Source: Cenococcum geophilum (lineage: Eukaryota). Taken from it: a DNA stretch of 64,000 bases. Under the pieces are notes generated by a model. It was not told the DNA's origin, made no database searches, and saw only the letters and a list, made by a program, of their open reading frames with translations. Positions 37,227 through 49,200 of the stretch are shown piece by piece. How positions within the stretch are numbered: the first letter of the stretch is position 1; every line of letters begins with the position of its first letter. Location of the stretch: positions 13,454,001 through 13,518,000 of the forward strand of contig CP158635.1 of NCBI GenBank assembly GCA_050273025.1, in the 5' to 3' direction. A program made the position numbers and the translations under genes.

Positions 37227-39929
37227 TATATATAACTACTCTAAGTATCGCCTCTTTAAGAATCGCCTTAATAGCACGCCTCTTTACTAACTAGAGCTCG
37301 CCCTCTTATCTACTAGCTAGTCTTTTTTATTAAAAATAGCCTTATTAAGGAATACTATAATATCTGCTAGAAACCGCCTTATATTATTATAATAGAGCTC
37401 CCTTAACTATAAGTTATAGCCCTACGCTATACGCCTAATTCCCTTCTTTAACTACTATTTCTTTTTTAAAACACAGTGGATTATAGGATAAGTAATATTA
37501 AGATCGCGTTTATAATAGAGCTAGTACTAAATTTTATCTAGATATTTCTAACCATTGTAGAGTAGGAGCTTAAGGAGGGCTTCTTTATTAGCTCTTATTA
37601 ATGCTACTAGCTAGCTAGTCTTCCGTATATAAGGCCTAATAGGCTAGCTATATTATATAAGGCAATGTTCGGTATTATATACAGTAGTTTAACTAGCGTA
37701 TAGCTGTTCTATAATAGCATCTGGTTACTAGTCTAATTTAAGTAGACAGATTATATCCGCGCGACAAGTAGGGTTAATACGAGGCACTATAACACTAGGA
37801 AACGCGTTAAGATAGGGCAAATAGCGGGGCGACGTCGGCTTCAACTTACTGACTAATAGACGGTAGGGAGCTATGTTGACAATAAGGCGCGTTAAATGTA
37901 GAAAATGGGCTATCTCACGGTTTTACACGTGAGGTTGGGCGCAAAAATTTGGGATCTGCATGCCAAGGATTCCAGTTCGTTTTGCAACCGACTAATTCCA
38001 GTTTGTTTCGTAAACGATAAATACTTACAAAAACGGTAGTAAGAAAACTGCAGTACCGATATTTCGGTGATGACTGTAACGCGTTAACAACCTACTGTAA
38101 GTGCCCAAATATTGAACCTGGCGCGTTACCTAGTTAGAGGTCACGACGGGCTCGTGCACGGTTTGATCACGCATTATTACCAACTTCAAAAACTCACAAC
38201 TCCACCAGATATTTATAGATTTCTACCAAATTAAAATCAGAGAGTCTTTTAGTGTTACGCTTTCATTCCATTGTAATCACAGAGTCGCCGTGCCATTTGG
38301 GGGGGTTGCGCATTTGTTAAGGCCGCCTGGAGACCACCTTCTCAACCCCATCCTCTACCTCGTACTCCTCCTTAATAGAAGCCTCCTCCGGAATAGTAAA
38401 TATAACCTACTTAACCTTCTGCCTCTCCTATATTAATCTTCTCTCCGCTTTAAGCTATGCGTTAAACTCTTATATAAAGCGAGCCTTATCTATAAAGCGC
38501 TTTTTCTCTTGCTTAGTATCTGTAAGTGGATTTTGTAGACAGGGGGCTATAAGGACACAATTGTAGAACAGGATAAATTGGTAAGAGAGACGAATCCTTA
38601 AGGAGATAAGGCCTCTAGGATCGTGGAGACTATATACTACGGGCACGTGCCTCCGGTACGTGACTAGTAACTATTTAAGGGGCGTCTAGGAGTTGTCCTA
38701 AGGGCAACCTAAGGTAACCGCAATAATATCCCTCACATTGCCCCCCCTCCTCCCTCTTACGGTCAGCCCCTAATCGCTATTACCTTGCGGTAGGGAGATT
38801 ATAAGGGCTCGTCCTAGAAGGGGTTCAGAGAGATATTAGAAAGGTATTAGTATACCACTATATATTTTCTATCTATCTAACCCTTACTTTAAACTCCTAA
38901 AAAACCTTAATAAGGGAAAAATATAACTAGAGAAAAGATATAAGGATTACTAAGAACCTACTAGAGGCCTACTAGAAGCCTACTAATAACTACCTAGGCT
39001 AACTTAAGGATTTTTATACAACTTTATATCTAAGCCTTTATACCAGTCTATAATTAATTATAAGTATTATAAGCAATTTAGTGTTCCTAATATAGTTCCG
39101 TAGAACTATTTAGTATATAGCTTAATATATAGGGCCTTAGCTTGCCATTATCTTTTAACTATTAAAATATAATCTATAATCGTTTTATATAATCCTTTAC
39201 GTCACTAATATATTATTCCCACATTTACCCTTAGGCTATTAGATGCGGTTAAGGTATTAATTAGTTAATTAAGGAGACTTGTCTCCTAAGATTTAGTATA
39301 TATTATCAGGTGACGAAGTCACCTTACCTATATATATTGTTCCGCACAGCCGTGTCTAGCATTAAGCCAGTCACTCGTTTACCTTTTGCGGGTTTATGTA
39401 GCTGAGTGGTGCGAAGCTTATCACCTTATATATATACTTTTAAATCTAGTAGTCCTATGCCATATATTTGGCGTAGCTCTACTACCTAGCAAATAGGGAC
39501 ATTTCGCGATAGTAATTATAGCTATTATGCGATTATCAAGAACGTCTATAATGTTATTCTTTAATACTATAGTATCGTTTTAAGTCTAATTTAACCCATA
39601 TACGTCTTTAATTTAATATCTTAATTACCTTCCCCTAGCCGCGTAGTTAGTTTTTATAAAGAAGTAATAGTTAAATAACTTATACGCGTGTTTCCTTTTT
39701 TTTTTTAAATAGCGCTATTATAACGGAGTTATATTAGTAAGGTTGCGGCTATTTACTAGAAGGGTATTGGACGGTAAAGTATAAAGATACTTTGCTTATC
39801 GAGCTTAATCCTTTTCCTTAACACCTTACTTCCCATTATTAACCTTCGTCTAATTTAGACGTATCTTTAATATATTATTAAGATTTTCTTCTTTTTTATT
39901 ATTAATTTAATATACCTCTTTATTCTCCT

Positions 39930-40560
39930 GCTAACTGCTTTTCTAAGCAAATTCTATAGTATATTCTGGCCCTACCTTTGCATATAGAACCCCAACCTCC
40001 GCTAACCCGCAACTGGTGCTAGTCCTACCTAAATAATTTTACCTACACGTCTTTAAAAGACCAGAAATCTAATAATAGGATTTTAGAGGCTTATAATAAG
40101 ACGTACTGTATTAAATCTAATACCTTTAGTCCTTGTAATTAATACATACATACTAAGAGCGGCAGTTGTATTAAGGTGAGCTTTTCTATCCTTAATAGAT
40201 TTCCATTGCTGACTTTAATAGCCTAGGCCTAAGTGGCGACGTTCCTTTAATATCCTTAACTACTATATCGCCCGGGCTCTCTTCTATTTAAGCGCTAATG
40301 CTAAATATCTAGGTCGAATTTAAGACTATACTATAGCTATCTACACCGCCTATAATTCCTAGTAAGCTAGCTGGTAACGCCTAATACGAGAGTAAGGTTA
40401 GTATACTAAGAATAGGGTAAGGGATAGAGGTGATAAGAAGAAGGTCGCTGTCTACTATAGAAAGGAGTTTACGTATACGCGTTAAGTTTTAAAAGAGCAT
40501 AATATAATGCGGTATTAGGTAGGTTACCCTTTGGGTACCTAGTAAATAGGTAACTAGCAG
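39930..40560 (+). pseudogene. Putative spliced antisense accessory gene with a Cys cluster in the Gypsy 3' region
   Basis: YC....F.PC..(C)...KSGSC at ~40104-40170, followed by a canonical fungal intron GTGAGC...GCTGAC...TAG (40176-40221). Limits uncertain. Confidence 0.4.
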
Positions 40561-41149
40561 TTACCGTAGCAAGGTCTTAGTAGTTTTAGATTATACTAGC
40601 TAGTTAACGTCTCTATTTATTCTGGGCTTAAGCGTATCTTTATTAACTATAAGCTTACGCCATAAGAGCTTTATTAGTATTGGTTTGGACCTAATATTAG
40701 TATTAAGCGTTTAAGAGTCTTTGCTCTAGCTATACCTTATCGTCCTGCCCCTATTTTTATACCTACTTATATGCCTACTAAGGGATCTAAATCCCATTCT
40801 TGTTAGCCGTCACTTAGTGGCCTAATGGATACTAATCCTACTCCTAATAATAAGGCATAGTGGCTTTTTAGATTAGGCATTTGTGGTTTGGACTTTTAGG
40901 ATTCGTTCTTATATATAGTAGTAATTAAGGACCTTAATTAGGTGCTTAGAAAGGGCTTAAAAGGCTTTTAGAAAGGGCTTAGAAGCCCTAAAAACAATGT
41001 TCCTAGTATAGATTAATAAATAGGAATGCAATTCTAGTAAAATGCCCTATTAACTCTATACTATATATATAAAAAGGCTAAAAACCCGTCCTACCTTAGG
41101 CTATAGCTCTAATCCTTGTAGTTTCTGGAGCTTATCCGTTCTATATCTA

Positions 41150-44100
41150 ATTTAACTTATTTACTCTTTTCGCGAGCTTTCTTTATAGGTCGCAATAACA
41201 CTATAGTATTAGAGCGCTTTCTGCGATTTACAGATTATAGACCTTAGTCCCAATATTCTTTTAAAATATCTTTATAATAATTAAGGTAATCCTCTAGTTC
41301 CTATATAGAGTCCTCAGCGGGCCAGCCTAGCTATTTAACTTTAAATTGAAGCTTATTCTTAATAGACTTATAGCGTAGTATAGCTTTAACCTTATACCGC
41401 TTGCCTACTACCTTAGGGTGTTTAATTAGGCCTAGACGGAAGTTCTTTTCTAGTAGTAGTCTATGCTATAGCTTTAGTAGGTTTATATAAAATATTAAAT
41501 ATATATAAGCTATAAATAGGGGTAGCTAAAGACAATAGGCTAGCTTGCTAATTTGTTCCTTAACTTAAAAGGGACCCAGGTATCTTATATTAAGCTTTTT
41601 TAATAGTTAATATGTCTTAATATTTATTAAATATAATAGAACCTTATCGCCTACTCCAAAATACTTATTTTAATGCTTATAGTTATACTAAAGTCTCTAC
41701 TGCTCTTAGGTATCTTATAGGCTCTACTTTATATACTTTTATTACTTCTCCCATTCCTAGAGGTATCCTTATACTCTTTAATAAATGTCCTTAAACTTCC
41801 TAGTAGGATCCTATAACTAATTATACGGCCTTAGCTAGTAATTATTAGGTATACCATTAAACCCTAATAGTTAAACGCTATAGGTAATCTGGATTAGTGC
41901 AAACTAATATAATAAATGTTGCTTTAAATTATAAGCGTACTCCGTATACAGAAGTAGCTTATACTAATTATCTTACTAGTAGTTTAAATATATTTATAGG
42001 TAAGACTCTAGTTCCTAGTTCTAGCGTTCTATTTATCCGTCCGTCTATAGATAAAAAGCCATACTATAATAGTGGTCTATCTTTAAATAGAAGCATAGGT
42101 CCGACCAGTATTAGCTTATAAAAATACTACCCCTATTAGTAATAATAGAGTGTGGCTAATCTACTTTAAGAAAGCATTTCTCCTTAATTAGGTTGGCAAG
42201 CTCTTATATATTAATTATTTTATTAACGGGAAGGTATTAGACGTACTTTAAAAACCTATTAATAAGTATAAGGACTAAATCGTATATTCGTCCTTAGCCA
42301 TCTTTAAATAGTAGAAGATCCGTAATGAAGTCTATAGCGTAATATCGCTATAGCTTACTAGCAGGGGGAACTAATTTAAATAAACCCTATAGCTTATACC
42401 TATAGATCTTATATACTTAACACTTCTTATAATAGCTAATGTACTCCTTTACTTCCTAATTAAACCTTAGCTAATAGTATTTACGTTAAAGTAATTCTAC
42501 TATTTTTACTTAACTATAGTGGCCGCCTAGAGGATTATTATAATTCTTTATAAGAATCTTCTATTATAGATTTACTTCTTATAGCACCCAAACCTTACTA
42601 CCTTTATATAGTAGGCCCATCGGGTCTAGTTCCTAATAGTAGCGCCTAATAGCTTCCTTTCTATTACGTTTCCGGTCTACTTCTATATTAAGGATAGCAT
42701 AGAAAGCGTCCCTCCGTTATACCTTACGGATAAAATCCGTTAACCTTTTAGGTAGTTCCTAGGTAAAAGCTATTTTATCCTATATTACTTTAAGTGTAAG
42801 ACTAGATAGTACCATAGATCTTATAACTCTTTAATACGTATATGTTAGGAAGGCCGCTATAAGGTTAAAGTCCTTTAGTTATTATAGGGCTTTAAGTTCT
42901 AATTGCTCCATAGCTTCGCTATTAGTTTAAGGGGATAGCTTAGCAATTAGGGATAGTATATTACTAGGTTCCAAGAATGTATTAGGGACGTCCTATTTAG
43001 GTATATTTAGACCCTTATTAGTAATAGACCGGGTACTAGCTAAAACGTTAGTGGAAACTAATAAAGCTTATACCGCCTAAGACTTGGTATATAGAGCTAT
43101 AGGTACTTAAGCATTCTATACCTAGAGCTTATTCTATAATATAGGGAGTAAGATATTTATTATCTATTTTCCTTCTCTTGTTTTAAAGCCTTTGGTATAG
43201 TCTAGCCATTATAACGGTTTATTAGCAGGGTTATTTCCCCCTAACTTATATTTAATCTTAAAATTAAATCATATAAGCTCCTTTGCCTATCTGGCTTGTT
43301 AAGGTATAAGCTCCTTTATAGTTATAAAGTAGCGTAGATTATAGTGATCTAAGAGTATATAAGTGGTATAGCTCGCGTACTCAAGGTAGTATCGCCACTG
43401 TTTAAAGCAGTTAACTATAGCTAGCAGTTTCTTATCGTGGGTATAATACCTAACTTTAGGTCCCTGGAATTTTTGGTTATAAAATGCTACTAGTCTCTAA
43501 TAGAGCTAGGTAGCGTCCGGATGCCTATTAGATTATAGTAAGATACTAATAAGGGCAAAATTTAATACATTAGTAATTATTATTAATGGCTAATCTAGGT
43601 CGAAATGCCGCAGTAATAGAGCTTTTATAAACTTTACACGAAGTTCCTAAAGGGCCTTTTAAACCTTTCTGGGCCATAACTATAGCTTATACCATTTAGT
43701 TGGTCCCTTCTTAGTTTCCTTCCTTACCGCCTTTAAGCTTTTTACTCCTTAGGTTAGGTCTTAGGAAGCTTCTATAATATAATTAAATAGGTATTAGGCA
43801 ACGTCTAAGTAGTTATAAATAAAGCGCCTATAGAAATTGGCAAAGCCTAGGAACACTTAAATATCCTAATAGCTCTCTGGCTCCGGCCACTCCTAAATTA
43901 TCTATACCTATACTAGGTCTATAACTACACCTATAGGCATTATAATATAACCTAGGAACTTAACCTACTTAGTATTAAAGATATACTTTAACGCCTTAGT
44001 ATAGAGGCCCTAATTATCTAAACGTTCCAGCACTTCGCGGACGTATTACTTATATTAATCCTTATCTTCTAAGTAAATCAAGATGTTATCTAAATAGATA

Positions 44101-47100
44101 ACGTATATGCGGTTAACTAGTCCCCCTAAGGCTCTGTAAATATACAATTAGAATGTTATAGGCGCATTAACTAGCCTAAAAGGCATTACTAGATACTCAA
44201 AGTGGCCGTATTAGGTCTTTTACTTATCCCCTTCTTTAATACAGAGCCTATAGTAGGCGTCTTATAGATCTAGCTTTGTGAAGATCTTCGCCCTAGATAG
44301 TTAATCCAGCATTTTACTAACTAGTGGTAGTAGGTAACGGTTCTTAATTGTAATCTTATTAAGACCGCAATAGTCTACGTATAGCCTTATAGTTCTATCT
44401 AGTTTTAAAATAAAGATAATTAGTGCGCCTGCCGGCAAATTTTTTATTTTTATTTTTATTTTTTACACCTATTGTATTATACTACGTACAATACTACGCA
44501 TACAGTCTTAGGCTATGGCGCTATAGTTCTATATACATAAATCCTTTTTAGGCAGCTTAATATATACTAATAGCTATATTATAAACCCCTAAATTAGGGG
44601 TTTATAGTTTCCTAGTAAAATACTAAGATACTATAACTACTAGGGAATGAGAAAATGGTAAGAAAAACTATAAGAAATCTTAACCCCTGTCCTTATCCTT
44701 TTGCTCTCTAATATCTTTTTAAAAGCCTAGTAGGAGTTGCCTCCTTCTAGAATCCTATCTATTTTATTCTTCCATAGAATCTTCTTCGCGTACTAGTTTA
44801 GCAGCTTTAAAAGTCTCGCAGTCTTTACTATTAGTAAAGTGTTTTTCTTTACAATTAATACAAAGAGGGGTAGTATGCTAGTAAGGCTTGCCTATTATTA
44901 TATAGGTAAAACAGGAATAGTCTTTAGATAAATATATAGCTGCATAGTATCTACAGGCCCTAGTAGAGCACCTATTTCCTATATAGCCAAATTTTTGGCA
45001 GCTCGTACACTGCGTAGTAGGAGAGACTTCGAGGTATTTTACTACCTTAGTAGCTGTACCTGCAATTAATATCTCTTTTTACTTAAGGATTTCTTATCTT
45101 TTTTCTTTATTCTCTATAGTAAAAACTATAGAGCTAAATCTGGTCTATAGATTATGTCTTTTTACACTAGATAAGATCCATTTAGGTAGTCTTTATATCC
45201 TTATAGAATTAAAGGTCTTAATTTCTTCTTTTAAAAGCTTAGAGCCTCCTTCTCCTAGGAAAGGTAGGGTAGGAACCCTATAGGCTATAATTTAAACCTA
45301 TAGTTCTAGTTTTTGTTCTCTTTAAAAGGTAAAGCAGTTATGCTAGATTTCCTTATATTTAACTAGGAAATCCACATTATACTCTTCCATAGTTATAAGG
45401 AAAATATTTTATTTTCCTTTAGTTCTAGCTATAGATGCTAAAACAGGGTTTTCTACTTATAGTTTTAATACAAATAGTTAATTAACTTTGTTTTATATAG
45501 AGAAGGTATCTAAAGGTTAGTCCTTTTAGTCTATAATTAGGACTAGCTTTCTTTCTTATAGCTGCTTTTTCTTACTTCTAGTAGAAGTAGAAGGAGTAGG
45601 AAATAGTAGTGATAAGGAGGGTAGAGAGGACGAAGTAGGGAGGTCCTTCTTTAGCCTCTTTGCGTAGGTTTCTTTAGTAGGGGCTACCTCCTTATAAAGA
45701 GCTCTTACTTCTTTAACTAGTCCTTTTAGGACATCTTTTATCTTTTCTTTTCCTTTTATAAAGGGGTTTTCTCCTACTAGGACACTACGTATATAGTCCT
45801 CTAGCTATTTAACTTATTCCTTTTTATTTTCTTCTTCTTCTTCTTCTTCTAGCTCTTTATAGGCCTGGGTTAGGCTATCTAAAGCCTTTTATAGGTATTA
45901 TTCTAGAGAAAGGGGAGAGAAAGATATACTAGGTATACCAGCCGTAAAAGTTATTAGTTTAGTTGTCTTTTTTATAGGTTTTTAGTTTTCTTTTTTAGTA
46001 GAAGACTAAGGATGTCCTCTTTTTTCTCCTGTCCCAAATAGGCTAGGAGAAGAAAAAGGGCTAGAAAAAGTAAATGTAGATATAGACTTATTATCACTTA
46101 TTTCTATAAAAGGTTTCTTTTTAGGCCTACCGGGCCTTGGCATTTTGTGTCCTATAGGGGGGTTTTCCTAGTTTTTACTATCCTTATACCCTTTTCTTCT
46201 TACTAATCCTACTAGAAGATTTCTGGGGAGATTAGGCTAAGAGGTAGTAGAGAAACTAGCCCCTATTTTATAGTTTTGGTATTAGTAGTAGGAGTAGTAG
46301 TTTTAGTGTTCCTGTCCGTGCCTCGCTTATAAGCTAGGGCCACCCTTAAAGAAATTTTTCTATTGGGAAAAGGGGGTAAAATAATAAAGAAATCCACCTC
46401 TAGCTCGCTAGGCAGTAGGAATTAGGTCTTAAAAGTTAGAAAATCGATTGTTTTTGATAGTAAGATGAGTATGCGTAAGTTTTGGAGTGTAGCGCTACCT
46501 TTTAGTAAGGTTGCATATGTGGTGAAGGTGGGCTTTCTACTGGCAACTTATTAAGCTAGATTTACCCCTTTTCTAGCAACCCATCGAGGTACTCCCGTAG
46601 GATCTTAAGCTTTTTACGCGAGAGGTTATAGATAGGAAGGTTTAGCGGTTATTTACCTTCTTCTAGATTAATTATATAATCGTACTCCAAGTTCTATAGT
46701 AGGACTTTAGCTCTCCTACCCAAAAATACCCTTAATAAGTCCCTTAAGCCTACTAGAATATTTAATAAATTAGGGTCGTGTTTATCCTCCGCGTTATCAC
46801 CAGGTAAGTCCTAAAGCTCCCTTAAAATACTTACGGGCAGCGTTATACGCTATAGTAGTTGCTTATATATAGTTACCACCATATATTAAACCGTTTTATA
46901 CGGTAGCTAGTAGAGGGTAAAGAACTCCTTAACGCAGCGTTTAAGGTGCCGTAGTATGCTCTTCGTATATTACTTAAGCTAGAGTAACCTATAGCAGTTA
47001 AAGTATCTTATAAGATCCTTAAGATCGCCGCCTTCCTATAATATCTCCGTAATATATTTAGTAGTTTTTTATAAGGTCTCCGTTATAGAGGGGTTATTAC

Positions 47101-49200
47101 CTATATTAGGCTCTATACCTATTTTACTATTAAATAGGGGTTAGATCTAATACTCCTTTAGGTATAGAGCGTACACTATTTTACCTAGGGCTACATTCTT
47201 TAGAATGTCCTTTAGGTTTATTAGTAATATACACCCTTCTAAATCTTTATTATTCCACTATTTAAAGGCTTTAGTCTTAAAGCGTATCTTAGGATCTGCT
47301 TTTGCAAGCTAAGGGTATTTAAAAATAAGGTTATAACCTATAAAGTCAGCCACCTTAAAGGGTTGCGGGCCAACTACCTTAGTGCGGTTATATATATCGG
47401 CCACTAATACTATAAGCTTATAGGCACTATATAGTTTAATCCAATACTTATTTAGGAAGCCTATAATAGGTTTCCGCCACCTTTATAATAGGATAAGTTT
47501 ATACTCTTTTACCAAATTATATTATATAAAATTAATTTCGGTGCCACTATTATATAGTGCTTAGAACTGTTATACCTTACCTATAGGGAGTGTTATTTCT
47601 AGCTTAATAGCAATACGGAGAGTCTCTCTTTCTATATCTTGCCCTAGTTATAGCTAAAAGAGGTCCGCAACTAGGGCTTTTCTTTTTTTAGATTATTAGT
47701 ACAGTTATTGCCCTACTTATTTTTCCAATAGGATCTGCCTCTAGAGTTTTTTCTTAACTTCTTAAAGTGTTCCCGTAAAGGTGCTAGATAGGTATTAGGT
47801 TAGCCCTAAGAGTCTTTCCCGTTATTTAAGGCCCCTAACTTTAACCCTTCTAAAGTTCTCTTTAAGAACGGCTTCTTTAAAGGTTAGGTCTACCCTATAT
47901 TACTATTAAAGTGCCCGCGCTTTTAGTAACCCCCTAGCTTCCTACTAAAAGAGGTCTAGTTCCTTACTATATCTTTAGCGTTTAGGACCGCTCGTTTAAA
48001 ATCTATATATATAGTAATCCGTAATAGGGCTCCTATACACTTTATTTTGTTATAAATTGCTAGCTTAATTCTAGCCTAGATAAACCCGATCTTCTCCTTT
48101 TTATAAATACTACTATCCTTATTTTTAAAGGGCTTTAGATCTATCTATTAAGTATAAGTTTCTATAAAGTTTATAAACTGGTGGAAGTTATGGCGGTTAA
48201 GTTATATCCTATTCTAGAATAGCTCTATATTATTATATTATACGATATATAGATCTTAAGTCCATTTCTTTAAATGGGTTTATAGCTATATAGTAATTTA
48301 CTCTTTATTAAGCTGATTAAGTGTAATCTAGTTTAGCAATTGGTCTTTAATCTTACTAATAATCTAGTATATACGCTCTTTGGTATTATCTTATATTATT
48401 AATATCTTAAAGAAGTTGTCTACTTTACGAACCTAATTATCTAACTGCTAGGCGTTAGGTCTATAGCGGAGTTCTAAACTACTAAAGGCCTTAGCTAGTT
48501 AGGCTATATCCTTTTTCTATTTATAGCGTAGATAACTCTTTAAGTCTTCTATACCTCCTTAGGTAAGTACTAAGTAGCTCCTAGAAAGCCCTTAGCCTTA
48601 ACTAGGTTATAAAAGAATTTACCTAGCTTAGATTAAACCCTACTAAATATAGATTTGCCCTTAAAGGGTTCTAATATATTTATTAGTGGCTTTCTCCCGT
48701 ATGGCTTCTAAGAGCCTTATAATAGCTTCCCAATATCCGTCTTAAAGGAAATTAGTATAGGGCTCTTAACCTTCTAAACTTAGGCCTAGAGAGGCTCCTA
48801 TTATAGAGGTAGTGTTAGTACTAGTAGCTAGTATAGGCTTCCTAATAAGACTTAGGTCTTAAGTTAGTAATTAGCTTAAATTACCTAAAGGGGTAAGCCT
48901 ACTTAGCTTGTAAGCAGTCTATATACCACCACTATACTAATTATAGGCTGGTAGTCTTCTAGGAGGGTTCTAGTTAGTTCCCTAGTTAGATATATTAGTA
49001 TATTCCTCTAGTATTTTTAGTTTAGGGGAAGATCTTAAAGTCGCCTCTAGCGCTTAATCTTTTAATTAGCCTAGGTAGGGCTAAAGGGGTTCTAGCTACT
49101 TTCTAGTAGTATTATAACCGTTATAGAGGGTATTTATATTTTCCTTAGCGTTACTAATAACCGTAAGTGTGTAAGAGTCTTTAAGCTCCTAGAGCATCTG
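41150..49200 (-). pseudogene. pol: Gypsy gag-pol remnant (gag ~49200-47780; pol ~47700-41150 excluding 44439-46536)
   Basis: (C)VDYCGLNKITIKNRY(P)L(P)L at ~44320-44383; YLD(D)ILIY at ~44075-44098; FLGFANFYR at ~43828-43855; chromodomain K(W)L(G)WP at ~41320-41342. Boundaries approximate. Confidence 0.88.
44439..46536 (-). mobile_element. ORF1-only non-LTR (LINE-derived) retroelement, copy 2 (2098 bp); ORF start at 46143
   Basis: 10-bp TSD CTGCCGGCAA (44429-44438) / CTACTGGCAA (46537-46546) differing only by transitions; (TAAAAA)n tail; removing it restores the Gypsy RT motif (S)PAGA(P)I. Confidence 0.85.

Larger units (their letters stand above)
22330..37790 (-). pseudogene. IS630/Tc1 DDE transposase of copy B in four pieces (37790-37238, 35630-35519, 34141-33913, 22453-22330)
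   Basis: Each piece is the reverse complement of consecutive parts of 8260-8305 and 14282-15240; starts (M)VPRI(D)P.CRADII(C)LLKL. Confidence 0.85.
20021..37994. mobile_element. Two-gene IS630/Tc1-type DNA transposon, copy B (~3.5-kb core, ~211-bp TIRs), expanded to 18 kb by nested insertions
   Basis: TIRs at 20021-20231 and 37784-37994; AT on both flanks (20019-20020, 37995-37996) restores AAGGATTCCAG of the host copy's terminal repeat. Confidence 0.85.

Noticed and set aside
44200..44235. Missing AFRT residues in the Gypsy RT motif KTAFRTRYG as a novel RT variant
   Set aside because: A 12-bp deletion in a dead, RIP-saturated copy is the simpler explanation.
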